Of a stretch of 61,486 nt of DNA, positions 1 through 9,819 are shown in pieces; the first letter of the stretch is position 1; the number at the start of each line of letters is the position of its first letter. The notes under the pieces were generated by a model. The model saw only the letters and a program-made list of their open reading frames with translations. It searched no databases and was not told the DNA's origin. The translations under genes and the position numbers were made by a program. This DNA is from Nitrospira sp. (GTDB taxonomy: Bacteria > Nitrospirota > Nitrospiria > SBBL01 > JAADHI01), in contig JALUVJ010000039.1 of NCBI GenBank assembly GCA_027020665.1, positions 1-61,486 on the forward strand, in the 5' to 3' direction.

Positions 1-144
1 AACTGTGGAATCATCAATCTCGACTGTTGCAACCTCGGTATCACCGTCATCACAAAAAAGCAAGCAGAAGGCTTCGCTTTTTGAAGCGGTGCCGAAAACC
101 AAGGCCAATCCCATGAATGCGGCTAAAATCGTCATCTTTTTCAT
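1..144 (-). CDS. Partial CDS: N-terminal 48 codons of a small secreted protein; the gene runs off the window start
   Basis: Absent from the ORF track because it is under 60 aa. The reverse-strand ATG at 144 is preceded by AGGAG (153-157, 8-nt spacer). It translates as MKKMTILAAFMGLALVFGTASKSEAFCLLFCDDGDTEVATVEIDDSTV with no stop before position 1. The N-terminus looks like a Sec signal. Confidence 0.4.
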   Translation of the reverse strand, partial: MKKMTILAAFMGLALVFGTASKSEAFCLLFCDDGDTEVATVEIDDSTV

Positions 145-594
145 TTTATGTTCTCCTTTTCGTATTTGTTGTTTGTGAGTTGTTGTTTTATCTTTCTTAT
201 CACTTTTTACGTCCATGACGGTATTTTGTAAAAGCAACTTGCGTGCCAAAGTGGAATATCCCGTAAGACACCCGTTTATTAAGACCTTTCGGCAACAGGG
301 CTCAGGCCCGGGTAAAAATCTTTCTATTTCCGGAAACATTTTTTGGAATCAGGAAAAAATGAATCGGCTTTAGCGCATCCGTCGCATTAACCCGAATCAA
401 CAGACATGATCCATGCCGCCTCAAATGACATAAATATCCTTAATATATGGCTTATTTGTTCGCTCCGCCTCATTTTTATTGAAAAATCACAAAATCGCCG
501 TATCATTGGCCCAACTCATGCATTGGAAGGCAAGCATGGTATTTCAAACACTTTGCATGAAACCCTTAATTTAGATTCAAAAAGGAGATTACGC

Positions 595-3024
595 ATGTTT
601 TTTCAGGAGAAAAAGAAACGCACTTCATTAAAAACCCCCACAATGTTCCTCATGGCTTTATTGTTGACCTTGTCAAGTTGTACGAGTTCACCTTCATCCA
701 AAACAGGGGCACCTGCTTGTCCGGAGGGCCCTCCGACACTTGCGGCAGGAAGCGCACCCGGCTCCTTCCTCTTTTATAAGGGATGCGGATTGTGGGCCAC
801 CGACCCCGATGCGCCCGATGCGCCGGGCCAAGTGGAATCCGATTTTCAGCAAGGCACACTTGACCGGCTCGCAAACGGCACATGGGATACCGTGGCGGAA
901 AAAATCACAGACCGACGACTGTATGCCATGATTTATGCGAAGGCAGACGGGAAGATCTACAAGGTCAATGCGGTCAAGGGCGCCGCGCCGATCCCGACGC
1001 AAGTTTCAAACGAAAACCGTGCGGACAAACTCTGCCAGGTTTTTGTCCTGCCGGACTACGCCGACATGAATAACTCACAATATGTCTATACCGTGCCCGG
1101 CCCCGATCAGGACTGCGGTACGAGTGACGACAACTACACAAAAATGATTAAATTCGGCATGAGCGCATCGGAAATACCGGTGATCCTTCCAAAAACAAGT
1201 GAAGTCTCACCCGTTATCGACCTCGTAGACAAAAACAACGGCGCCATCATCGGCTGGCTTGCAACCAAACAGCGGACACAGAAACGCCTTCCGAATCGGA
1301 GCTTTTCGGTCGAAGACGTCAATACCAACATGTTGAGCATGCCGGCAGGCTTCGGTTTTTTCACGGGCACACCCATTCAGGTTTCCGGGGAGAACTTACC
1401 CGGCGGGCTCGTGCCCGGAGTCTATCTCGCCGACCCGGATGACGGAGACAATCCCGATTTATTTAAACTCAAAGTACAATTTAAGCGCATCACCCTCAAA
1501 GACGGCGACACCCTTGATGTCGAGCTGGGGCCTTCTCTGCAACGCATCGCAGATATCGAAGCAGCCATCGGAAACCGAGAAGTCGAAAAACACGAAATCA
1601 TTGAAGAGGAAGTCGAGATCACCTCTTCCGGCTCCGGAACCATCAACCGCATTGCGCAATACATCAACTTACACCGCTGCGATATTAACTTAGAGAATTG
1701 CGGCGAACCGATTAAAGAAACCCTTTTTAAAACCTTTTGCGCGGAAGCGGGTTTTGATCAGATCGGCAGTGAAGGCCAGCTCCTCGGAAAGCCCTTTCGT
1801 GTCGGCGCCTACGACCGTTTTAACAATCCGCTCCCGGGCGAAGGGGTCGATTGGACAAGGCTTGACAATCCGAAATACGATGACGAAGACAAAACAACAA
1901 CGGACGGCAATGGAAAGTCATTTTTCACCGGCCGGATGGGCGATGACGACCAAGTCGCAGGCTGGAATATTTTTCGGGCCCGCGTCGCCGGCATCGGCTT
2001 TCCGCTTCAATTTTCAGCAAGGAAGGACTCCGACCCTGAGGGAGCCCCCACGCCGCCTTCCTGCAAAACCAAGGAAGAGTTTTTCATCCTAAGCGTACAG
2101 GCCTTGGGTTACGGCAACTTATTCCGCGGACAGTTGGTCATCCGAATCGACCTGCGCTTCAAACCGCAGCCGGGCGATGACGATAAAGAACTTGCGGATA
2201 AAACCGGCAGCAAAGGCCTGCTTTACACTTACGATATCGCCTCAGGGAATTTATCCGCCACGGAAAAATATACTTCCGTCGAACTCTACTCAGATGGCGG
2301 CGCGGCCGCCTTCCCAGAGGGCATTCCATTCAACGCGGATCGAACATACCTCTTTTTTGCCGACAGAGGCACGCTCTATAAACTTCCTTTGGACGGCAGT
2401 GCAAACGAAACCGCACTTGTTTTCGAACCCCGTCAGTTTGTTGAAATCGAACCCGTCAACAATCACGTGGTCTACAGTCTCATCGACCTCAGTCCGGCAC
2501 AACCCATTTCCAGCTTAAAGTCAGTCTCAAAAAACGGCGGTTTTCCCAATACCCTGCACGCAGACACGACACGCTTTTTCCTGCCCATCGCAACCGACCG
2601 GGACTGGGACCGGGTTTATTTTCAAACCCTCGGCCCCGATCCGGACAATCCGGGTATTCTCTCAAAGATTTTTCTTTCAAGAGAAGACGGCTCCGATCTG
2701 AAAGAAACAAGAGACGCCACGATGGCCGGACGCACCGCATCCAGAATCATCTCCATCGTTAACTGTGAGCCTCAGATCTTCTCTTGCGAAGGCGGAACAC
2801 TGGTTTCAACAAAGGGAAACGATCCAAGCGATCAAATCAGCTTGGGAACAATTCCCTCCGACATTACGGCGATGTTCTTTGAAGGTTTTGGAGAACACGT
2901 CCTTGGGGAAGGGGAACCCGGAGAAGGCGGAAATAACCGGGATATGTTCTACATCAAGGGGGATGAGGCCGGCTCACTGAAACGTGTCACCGCTACCAGC
3001 GACACAAACGAAAGCTTCCCGTGA
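595..3024 (+). CDS. Large orphan lipoprotein (about 809 aa) with no recognisable catalytic family
   Basis: ORF 406..3024. The preferred ATG at 595 has AAAGGAG at 581-587. The N-terminus MFFQEKKKRTSLKTPTMFLMALLLTLSSC is a signal peptide with lipobox LSSC. The body is D/G/P-rich with propeller-like stretches such as LYKLPLDGSANETALVFEP. Confidence 0.75.
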   Translation: MFFQEKKKRTSLKTPTMFLMALLLTLSSCTSSPSSKTGAPACPEGPPTLAAGSAPGSFLFYKGCGLWATDPDAPDAPGQVESDFQQGTLDRLANGTWDTVAEKITDRRLYAMIYAKADGKIYKVNAVKGAAPIPTQVSNENRADKLCQVFVLPDYADMNNSQYVYTVPGPDQDCGTSDDNYTKMIKFGMSASEIPVILPKTSEVSPVIDLVDKNNGAIIGWLATKQRTQKRLPNRSFSVEDVNTNMLSMPAGFGFFTGTPIQVSGENLPGGLVPGVYLADPDDGDNPDLFKLKVQFKRITLKDGDTLDVELGPSLQRIADIEAAIGNREVEKHEIIEEEVEITSSGSGTINRIAQYINLHRCDINLENCGEPIKETLFKTFCAEAGFDQIGSEGQLLGKPFRVGAYDRFNNPLPGEGVDWTRLDNPKYDDEDKTTTDGNGKSFFTGRMGDDDQVAGWNIFRARVAGIGFPLQFSARKDSDPEGAPTPPSCKTKEEFFILSVQALGYGNLFRGQLVIRIDLRFKPQPGDDDKELADKTGSKGLLYTYDIASGNLSATEKYTSVELYSDGGAAAFPEGIPFNADRTYLFFADRGTLYKLPLDGSANETALVFEPRQFVEIEPVNNHVVYSLIDLSPAQPISSLKSVSKNGGFPNTLHADTTRFFLPIATDRDWDRVYFQTLGPDPDNPGILSKIFLSREDGSDLKETRDATMAGRTASRIISIVNCEPQIFSCEGGTLVSTKGNDPSDQISLGTIPSDITAMFFEGFGEHVLGEGEPGEGGNNRDMFYIKGDEAGSLKRVTATSDTNESFP

Positions 3025-3063
3025 TCTGAAAAGAGCCTTTTCACCCTAAAAAAATTCACGGAA

Positions 3064-3120
3064 CCCCCCTCGACGATAAGTCGAGGGGGGTCGCGGAGGG
3101 TCGATTGAAATCGACTTTAT
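3064..3120 (+). terminator. Two consecutive hairpins downstream of the lipoprotein gene (terminator-like)
   Basis: CCCCCCTCGAC-GATAA-GTCGAGGGGGG forms a perfect 11-bp stem (3064-3090). GTCGATT-GA-AATCGAC (3100-3115) follows and is itself followed by TTTAT. Confidence 0.5.
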
Positions 3121-3313
3121 CCGATGCCGACACGCCCTAACCGAAAAAAATCTACTCCCACTCTATTATCAATAAGCCTTTTTTATCTTTTATATTCAAT
3201 GGGTTGTTTTCCTGCTAAACGGCAATACCATGAAAAATACTGTTCAGAAAATGCCGCGAATCGAGGGAAAATTTTTCAAAACGGCATTACATCTCTTTCC
3301 GTTTCAGGTCCTT

Positions 3314-3589
3314 CTACGCAGCCTTCACCTTCACGGTTTTTCCAATCCGAGCCAGCATATTGACCAGTTTGTCGATAGTAAACTTGTCAATCTTACCGCG
3401 CATCAGATCACTAATTCTCGGCTGGTAAACACCAAACACCTCTGCAGCTTCTTTCTGATCGAGTCCTGCTTCCTCGATATACTGACGCAGTGTAATCATC
3501 AATTCTGAACGAATCTTCAGGTTCTGCGCCATCGCCGGATCATCCTCCAGCGCCTCAAATACATTGCGGTAACCTTTTGAAATCGTCAT
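3314..3589 (-). CDS. higA: XRE-family HTH antitoxin, HigA-like
   Basis: 91 aa. The HTH segment is GLDQKEAAEVFGVYQPRISDLMRGKIDKFTIDKLVNML. It overlaps the upstream toxin gene by 4 nt (ATGA), with toxin-first order as in higBA modules. Confidence 0.8.
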   Translation of the reverse strand: MTISKGYRNVFEALEDDPAMAQNLKIRSELMITLRQYIEEAGLDQKEAAEVFGVYQPRISDLMRGKIDKFTIDKLVNMLARIGKTVKVKAA

Positions 3590-3909
3590 TGCTGTTTCCT
3601 CTGTTCTGCCAAGGCCTTGTACCTGGCTTTCACCAGCTCTATATCCGCCTTGCGTATTTTCTGTGACTTCTTTTGAAAAGCATGTAATACGTAAATGGCC
3701 TCTTCGAATCGAGCGACATAGATCACCCGGAAAATACCGCCCTTATCCTTGATCCGGATTTCAACAGCCCCTGCACCAACGTTATTCATTGGCTTCCAGT
3801 CACTTGGCTGCAACCCGGCCTGGACATTACTCAGCTCAAAGCCTGCATCCCGACGTGCGCCAGCCGGGAACCGCCTGAGATCGTCCAATGAACTGCCCAC
3901 AAAGCACAC
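3586..3909 (-). CDS. higB: HigB-like toxin (Gp49-like, RelE/ParE superfamily)
   Basis: 107 aa. VGSSLDDLRRFP and FRVIYVARFEEAIYVLHAFQKKSQKIRKADIELVKARYKAL match the conserved core of Gp49/HigB-type killer proteins. It is translationally coupled to the antitoxin. Confidence 0.75.
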   Translation of the reverse strand: MCFVGSSLDDLRRFPAGARRDAGFELSNVQAGLQPSDWKPMNNVGAGAVEIRIKDKGGIFRVIYVARFEEAIYVLHAFQKKSQKIRKADIELVKARYKALAEQRKQQ

Positions 3910-4145
3910 GTCTTTCGTAATGTTAATTATACAGAATTTTATATATTATTGTACTTTGGCAGGTCGGGCGCTTGGTAAAATATGCTGGATTACCAATACC
4001 TTGAGAGGCTCGGCATACTGGCCATGGTATTTGGAACACTATACTGATCATGAGTACCGGGATACCATAAGCTATCCCATTGAAAAAATGGGGAATAATT
4101 GCTTGTCGATGCCTGCTAGTGCCAGACGTTGCCCGTGAGTACCGG

Positions 4146-5678
4146 TCACTCCCACTCAATTGTGCCGGGGGGTTTGGAGGAGACGTCATAGACCACGCGG
4201 TTGACGCCTTGCACTTCGTTGATGATGCGGTTGGCGATGCGCTTTAAAACATCGTGGGGGAATTCATACCAATCCGCCGTCATGCCGTCCTGGCTGGTGA
4301 CGGCGCGCAAGGCGACGGCGTTTTCATAGGTGCGCTCATCTCCCATCACGCCCACGCTCTGAATGGGCAGATAAACGGCAAAGGCTTGCCAGATTTCATC
4401 GTACAGTCCGGCAGCCCGGATTTCTTCCTTAAAAATCGCATCGGCTTCACGCAGCCGATCCAGCCGCTCCGGCGTCACCTTGCCGACGACACGCACGGCC
4501 AAACCGGGACCGGGAAAGGGATGCCGGTAGAGCAGCGCTGCCGGGATGCCGAGTTCGACCCCCAGTTTACGGACTTCATCTTTAAACAGTGTGCGCAGGG
4601 GTTCGACCACTTTCATGCGCATGCGTTTCGGCAAGCCGCCGACATTGTGATGGGTTTTGATGGTGGCGGACGGGCCTTTGACCGAAACGGATTCGATCAC
4701 GTCGGGATACAAAGTGCCCTGGACCAAAAAGTTCACCTTGCCGACTTTGTGCGCGGCTTCGTCAAAAACGGAAATAAAGGTACGCCCGATGATTTTTCGT
4801 TTTTTCTCCGGCGCGGTGACTTTCGCCAGTTTCGAGAGGAACTGCCGGGAGGCGTCGATTTTTTTGATATTCAATTTGAGCTGTTTTTTAAAGGTGCGCA
4901 TGACGGTGTCGGCCTCGTTTTTCCGAAGCAAGCCGTTGTCCACAAAAATACAGGTCAAGCGTTTGCCGATGACCCGCTGCACCAATACGGCCGCAACAGA
5001 CGAATCCACGCCGCCGCTTAAGGCGCAGAGGGCCTTGCCGTCTCCAATGGTGTTTGCAATCTCTTCTTCCGCCAAATGAATAAACGACCCCATGTCCCAT
5101 CCGGGTTTGCAGCCGCAAATAGAATACAGGAAGTTTTGCAGGATTTTTAAGCCGTCCGGCGTGTGCACCACTTCGGGATGAAATTGCAGGGCGTAAAAAC
5201 GCCGCTTTGCATCTTGAATGGCCGCCGCCGGAGAATTGCCCGTTTTTGCAATCGCCCGAAAGCCGGCCGGGATTTTTTCGATGCGATCCCCGTGACTCAT
5301 CCACACCGGCGTTGCTTTAGACAAGCCCTTAAATAAAGAAGAACGATGATCCAGTTTTAATTCGGCCCGGCCGTATTCCCGTTTTTGGGACTTTGCAACC
5401 ACACCGCCCAAGACATGTGTCATCAACTGCATACCGTAACAAATCCCCAGGACAGGAATCCCCAGTTCAAACACACCGGGATCACAAATCGGTGCCCCTT
5501 TCGCCATGACGGAGGAAGGCCCGCCCGAAAGAATCAGACCCGTCGCTTTGTGTTGTTTGATTTCATCCAAAGAAAGGTAAAAGGGAACGATTTCGGAATA
5601 GACCTTGCTTTCCCGCACCCGCCGCGCGATCAGCTGCGTATATTGCGAACCAAAATCAAGAATCAGTATTTTTTGCAT
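4146..5678 (-). CDS. guaA: GMP synthase (glutamine-hydrolysing)
   Basis: [23 protein letters not shown] is the canonical N-terminus, so the start is taken at 5678 rather than the ORF start 5720. Also present are the GATase domain (GICYGMQ), the ATP-PPase SGGVDSS motif and the C-terminal GTIEWE. Confidence 0.95.
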   Translation of the reverse strand: MQKILILDFGSQYTQLIARRVRESKVYSEIVPFYLSLDEIKQHKATGLILSGGPSSVMAKGAPICDPGVFELGIPVLGICYGMQLMTHVLGGVVAKSQKREYGRAELKLDHRSSLFKGLSKATPVWMSHGDRIEKIPAGFRAIAKTGNSPAAAIQDAKRRFYALQFHPEVVHTPDGLKILQNFLYSICGCKPGWDMGSFIHLAEEEIANTIGDGKALCALSGGVDSSVAAVLVQRVIGKRLTCIFVDNGLLRKNEADTVMRTFKKQLKLNIKKIDASRQFLSKLAKVTAPEKKRKIIGRTFISVFDEAAHKVGKVNFLVQGTLYPDVIESVSVKGPSATIKTHHNVGGLPKRMRMKVVEPLRTLFKDEVRKLGVELGIPAALLYRHPFPGPGLAVRVVGKVTPERLDRLREADAIFKEEIRAAGLYDEIWQAFAVYLPIQSVGVMGDERTYENAVALRAVTSQDGMTADWYEFPHDVLKRIANRIINEVQGVNRVVYDVSSKPPGTIEWE

Positions 5679-5724
5679 GGAATTCGAAGACGAAGCTTTC
5701 TCTCTATAAAAATAAGGCAAAACA

Positions 5725-5856
5725 CCTCTATTTCAGCCGATCATGCGGCGCTTGCTGCGTTGAAAATCCCTTCGGAATGCTCACCGGCAGGCATCAGCTC
5801 CGCTCTCTTAGTGATGCTTATCTTGCCATCACAGCATGATCGGCTGAAAATAGAGG
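5725..5856. repeat. 132-nt palindromic element between guaB and guaA with 22/23-nt inverted termini
   Basis: CCTCTATTTCAGCCGATCATGC (5725-5746) matches the reverse complement of GCATGATCGGCTGAAAATAGAGG (5834-5856). They are identical except for one extra T. Confidence 0.8.
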
Positions 5857-5861
5857 CATTT

Positions 5862-7328
5862 TTAGGTGGGGCCCATCTCATAGTTGGGCGCCTCTTTCGT
5901 GATGATGACATCGTGCGGATGGCTTTCCCGAATTCCGGAAGAGGTGATGCGGACAAAGTGAGGATAGTCCCGAAGCGCGTCAATCGAAGCCGTACCGCAA
6001 TAGCCCATGCCCGCACGCAGCCCGCCGAGTAACTGAAAAACAACACCCGAAAGACTGCCCTTGCTGGGCACACGGCCTTCGATCCCTTCCGGCACCAATT
6101 TCGAAACGGGTTCGTATTCTTGGAAATAGCGGTCTTTCCCGCCCCGTTCCATTGCGCCGATGGACCCCATGCCGCGGTACACCTTGTAACTTCGGCCCTG
6201 ATATAAAACGGTTTCGCCGGGGCTTTCTTCCGTGCCCGCAAAAAGACCGCCCAACATGACGGTATGCGCCCCGGCCGCAATCGCTTTTACAATGTCACCG
6301 GAAAACTTGATGCCGCCATCCGCAATCACGGGCACCTTGTAAGGTTTGGCGGCTTTTGCACAATCGGAAATCGCGGTCAGTTGCGGCACACCGGCGCCGG
6401 CAATCACACGCGTCGTGCAAATCGACCCGGGGCCGACGCCCACTTTCAGCGCATCCACACCGCTTTTAATCAAATCAAGGGCTGCATCGCCCGTCGCAAT
6501 ATTTCCCCCGACAATCTGAAGATCCGGGTAGCGTTTTCGAATGGCTTTGATCGTATCCAAAACCGCAACGGAATGGGCGTGCGCCGTATCGACAATCACC
6601 AAATCCGCACCCGCATGCACCAGGCGTTCGACACGCTCTTCCGATTCCGCACCGATGCCCACCGCCGCCCCGACGCGCAAACGGCCCAAATGATCCTTGC
6701 AGGCATTCGGAAACTTGATCTTTTTTTCAATATCTTTGATCGTAATCAAACCTTTGAGTTCGTAATCATCGTTGACGACGAGTAATTTCTCAATCCGGTT
6801 TTTGTGGAGAATTTTCTGCGCCGCTTTCAGGGTCGTGCCTTCGGGTGAGGTAATGAGCTTGTCCTTCGTCATCACCTCTGAAACACATAAACCCATGCGC
6901 GTTTCAAAACGCAGATCCCGGTTGGTCAAAATACCCACAAGCTTTTTCCCCTGCGTCACCGGAATACCGGAAATGCGGTATTTATTCATGAGGGCCAAGG
7001 CATCCGAAAGCCGCCGGTCGGGTGAAATCGTGATCGGATCGACAATCATGCCGCTCTCCGATTTTTTCACCATATCCACTTGCGCGGCCTGATCCTCCGG
7101 CGGCATGGCACGATGCACAATCCCCACACCGCCCTCGCGGGCCATGGCAATGGCAAGACCGGATTCGGTGACCGTATCCATTGCGGCACTGATAATGGGA
7201 ATTTGCAGTTTGATGCGGCGGGTCAGCTTGGTTTCGAGCTTGACTTCGCGGGGCATGACGGAAGAGCGGGACGGGGCCAGCAATACATCATCAAACGTTA
7301 GGCCTTCTTGCAATTTCTCTGGCAGCAT
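5862..7328 (-). CDS. guaB: IMP dehydrogenase
   Basis: 488 aa. It has a CBS pair insert, the catalytic loop [11 protein letters not shown], and [17 protein letters not shown]. Confidence 0.95.
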   Translation of the reverse strand: MLPEKLQEGLTFDDVLLAPSRSSVMPREVKLETKLTRRIKLQIPIISAAMDTVTESGLAIAMAREGGVGIVHRAMPPEDQAAQVDMVKKSESGMIVDPITISPDRRLSDALALMNKYRISGIPVTQGKKLVGILTNRDLRFETRMGLCVSEVMTKDKLITSPEGTTLKAAQKILHKNRIEKLLVVNDDYELKGLITIKDIEKKIKFPNACKDHLGRLRVGAAVGIGAESEERVERLVHAGADLVIVDTAHAHSVAVLDTIKAIRKRYPDLQIVGGNIATGDAALDLIKSGVDALKVGVGPGSICTTRVIAGAGVPQLTAISDCAKAAKPYKVPVIADGGIKFSGDIVKAIAAGAHTVMLGGLFAGTEESPGETVLYQGRSYKVYRGMGSIGAMERGGKDRYFQEYEPVSKLVPEGIEGRVPSKGSLSGVVFQLLGGLRAGMGYCGTASIDALRDYPHFVRITSSGIRESHPHDVIITKEAPNYEMGPT

Positions 7329-7402
7329 GTGCTCCGAATCACCCCAAAAAGAATAAGCTCATTTCTATCATACGACCTGTCCGAGGTCAACAAATCCGAC
7401 AA

Positions 7403-8887
7403 CTATTTTTGCCCCCAGCCTTCTTGTTTCGAAGCATACCACATCATCTTTTTCACCCAAGGCAATAGCAAGTAGGCAGGAAAGGCCAGAAAAAATGTGA
7501 GCAAAAAATAAGCCCCGTATCCGAACGATTCCGCGCCAAAACCACCGGCCCAACCCGCAACGGAACGACTCAAAGCAAAAACGGAAGAAAGCAGGGCATA
7601 TTCGGTCGCGGAACGCTGCTTGTTCACAATCGCCATTAAAAACGCCAGAAAAGCCGCCGTACCCAAACCGCCGGTGAACGATTCAATCGCGCTGGCGCTA
7701 TACATCATGAGCTTCGTCTGAAGCGGCACCATCCCATGCTCGATCCCCGTCGGAATCACCGTCGCCACAAAGGCATAACCCAGGTTTGAAATCGCCTGAA
7801 ACAGGCCCAAAAACCAAAGCGATTTAAAAATACCGATGCGATCGGTAATCCATCCGCCTACAATCCCGCCCAAGATCGAAAGCACGAGGCCGATATTCAC
7901 TGAGACCAAACCGATTTCCGTCGCAGTGAATCCCGCATCCACCCAAAAAGGTTTGATCATGAAGCCCATCGAACTGTCGGCCAATTTAAAGATGAGAATA
8001 AAGACAATCACAGGGATAAAATAAGGCCGCCGCAGCATCTCCATCAGCGTGCCGAACATCGGACCTTCCGTCATGTGCTCAAGTGACTCGCTTTCATCGG
8101 ATTGACTTGAAAACTTACGACTCAAGGCGCTGCTTCCCCACAGGAAGGCCGCAAGGGCAAAAGCCATCGGCCAAAACAGGACATGGTTTTCAGACCACTT
8201 CGTCGCGGTATTCATCAGCCAAAGTGTACCCAGCAAAAAAAGCAGTACCGTGCCGAATGCGGAAGGGTGATGGAAAATAGCACGCAGTTCCGCCCCTAAA
8301 GGCTGCGATGTTTTGGATTGAAAGGATTTTTCCTCCGGCGCGCGAAGACAAAAAACCCCGAGCAAGGCTAAAATCCCCGCCGCGCTCACATAGGCCCCCG
8401 GCCAAGTGATAAGATCGCTTAAGATCAAAATAAAACCGGAGGCCAACATGCCGACACGGTAAAACCCGATGCGCAGCCCATTCGCCAAACCCAGTTCACC
8501 TTTGTCGAGCAATTCAATCGAATAACCGTCAATTGCAATGTCGTTCGTGGCGGAAAGCAACGTAAAGGCCCCGATCGCCCACCAAACCCAGGGACCAAAA
8601 CCGGACTTGAGGGCAAAGAGCAGCATGACTGCGCCCATCAAGCCATCCACAAAAAACATCCAGCGCCGGTGCCGCCGATAATGATCAATCGCGGGCGCCC
8701 AAAGAAACTTCAAGGTCCAGGAAAGCCCCAAGAGCGACATAAAACCAATCTGCCAAAGCGCGACGCCCTCTTGCCTAAAATACACCGGGAAAAGATCGTA
8801 AAAAATACCGAGCGGAAATCCCTCGGAAAAATAAAGAATCCCGATCCAGAACATCTTTTTTTTGAGCAGTTTGGGTCGTCGGGTCAA
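7403..8887 (-). CDS. AmpG-family MFS permease (muropeptide/PAT family)
   Basis: 494 aa and polytopic. The N-terminal YFSEGFPLG...LKFLWAPAIDHY pattern is typical of AmpG-type transporters. Confidence 0.75.
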   Translation of the reverse strand: MTRRPKLLKKKMFWIGILYFSEGFPLGIFYDLFPVYFRQEGVALWQIGFMSLLGLSWTLKFLWAPAIDHYRRHRRWMFFVDGLMGAVMLLFALKSGFGPWVWWAIGAFTLLSATNDIAIDGYSIELLDKGELGLANGLRIGFYRVGMLASGFILILSDLITWPGAYVSAAGILALLGVFCLRAPEEKSFQSKTSQPLGAELRAIFHHPSAFGTVLLFLLGTLWLMNTATKWSENHVLFWPMAFALAAFLWGSSALSRKFSSQSDESESLEHMTEGPMFGTLMEMLRRPYFIPVIVFILIFKLADSSMGFMIKPFWVDAGFTATEIGLVSVNIGLVLSILGGIVGGWITDRIGIFKSLWFLGLFQAISNLGYAFVATVIPTGIEHGMVPLQTKLMMYSASAIESFTGGLGTAAFLAFLMAIVNKQRSATEYALLSSVFALSRSVAGWAGGFGAESFGYGAYFLLTFFLAFPAYLLLPWVKKMMWYASKQEGWGQK

Positions 8888-8964
8888 AGCGGTTTTCAGC
8901 CTAAATCAGATCAAATAGGGAAAGGGCGACTGAGTGGATTTGGATTTATAATATCACGTTATAT

Positions 8965-9030
8965 GGAAAACCGCTTCCGATTCAAGATCAGCAGCCCGAA
9001 AAAACAATTTAGGGCGTCATCAGAGCTTCC
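8965..9030. repeat. Copy of the GGAAGC...GATTAAG / CTTAATCAG...CTTCC intergenic palindromic repeat family (divergent)
   Basis: GGAAAACCGCTTCCGATTCAAG...TTTAGGGCGTCATCAGAGCTTCC. It shares both end motifs with the elements at 47997, 58971 and 53530, and it contains TTAGGGCGT. Confidence 0.5.
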
Positions 9031-9201
9031 TATGCATATCGGGCGTATACTGTAGGCTTACACGGTAATGATACAAATCCGTGAATCCATATCGTGGGAC
9101 GAAATGCATACCCGCCGCAGCCGCATCTTAAGAAAACGGGCTTGAGCGATAGAAATCGCCGGGAATCAGCAACAGAAGGTTCGTAGCAATACGGTTATCG
9201 C

Positions 9202-9819
9202 TTATTGCGGGCCGGAATAGTAGGGATTGTTGCCGCCCGCATGGTCGGTCACATCCATAACGTTTTGAATCGTGGGCACGGCTTTTTTAATCGCCGTAAT
9301 GACACCTTGCTGCAAAGTCACGCTGGCCATACCGCAACCCTGACAGCCGCCGCCCAAACGCACATAGGCAACCTGATCCTTCACATCCACTAAGGTGACC
9401 TGACCGCCGTGAGAGGCGACACCCGGATTAATTTCGGTATCCAACACCTTCTGTACGGCAATGGCTTCCGGACTGTTTAAATTGGCTGGTGTTTCAGGTG
9501 CGCTTGCCGGAGTACTGACGACTTTTGGATTATCAACTTTGAACCCGTTCTGTTGCAAGGTCTGAATAAAGTCGATTTTCACATCTTCCAGAAACTTTCC
9601 GTTTTTCTGTTCCATGAAAACCTTGATGCCATTGGCTTCAACGGAAATATCGCCCGGCTCTTCTTTGCCCGCTTCAACAAAGGCAAGCCCGTACTCAACA
9701 TTGGGGATCGCCCCTTTCATGCTCAGCCGAAGTCCGGCAATCGTTTTCTGATGATCCTCTTTTTGTTGCCTCATTAGGACATCGATACGTTTTTTCGCAA
9801 AATCTGTAATTTCAATCAT
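9202..9819 (-). CDS. nfuA: NfuA-type Fe-S cluster carrier (degenerate A-type N-domain plus Nfu C-domain)
   Basis: The start at 9819 (MIEITDFAKKRI) has AGGAG upstream. The C-terminal Nfu domain has the GGCQGCGMA CxxC motif. Confidence 0.8.
   Translation of the reverse strand: MIEITDFAKKRIDVLMRQQKEDHQKTIAGLRLSMKGAIPNVEYGLAFVEAGKEEPGDISVEANGIKVFMEQKNGKFLEDVKIDFIQTLQQNGFKVDNPKVVSTPASAPETPANLNSPEAIAVQKVLDTEINPGVASHGGQVTLVDVKDQVAYVRLGGGCQGCGMASVTLQQGVITAIKKAVPTIQNVMDVTDHAGGNNPYYSGPQ

Noticed and set aside
507-522. Possible sigma-54 promoter TGGCCCAACTCATGCA, with GG-N10-GC spacing, about 72 nt upstream of the lipoprotein start.
   Set aside because: It is a single imperfect match to TGGCAC-N5-TTGCA. 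No enhancer-binding protein gene or upstream activator repeats are visible in the window. This is too weak to annotate.
406-594. N-terminal extensions offered by the ORF track. Examples are 406 for the lipoprotein, 5720 guaA, 13248 mscS, 17915 rsmD, 25244 hslU, 25895 hslV, 27923 pdxB, 33293 cinA-N, 48963 patatin and 52594 for the helical protein.
   Set aside because: In each case an internal start gives the canonical family N-terminus or a signal peptide and has a better Shine-Dalgarno sequence. Several of the extensions would also overlap the neighbouring gene.
3749-4189. ORFs 3749-4138 (+) and 3923-4189 (-) in the higB-guaA spacer.
   Set aside because: They overlap each other and the higB 5' end or the guaA 3' end. 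They have no SD and no recognisable motif. The region is better explained as promoter or terminator DNA.
4254-6280. Long ORFs antisense to or overlapping guaA/guaB: 4254-5021, 4657-5079, 4888-5304, 5385-6032 and 5741-6280.
   Set aside because: They lie opposite or out of frame to strongly conserved guaA/guaB reading frames. They have Arg/Gly/His-rich shadow-ORF composition and no ribosome-binding sites. The same reasoning applies to the many other antisense ORFs in the track, for example 10298-10738, 11063-11584, 33295-33966, 45388-45996, 54651-55097 and 56508-57122.
8669-9055. ORF 8669-9055 (+) spanning the ampG-family 5' end and the upstream spacer.
   Set aside because: It is mostly antisense to the permease gene, and its remainder coincides with a repeat-family copy. 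It has a basic, low-complexity translation.
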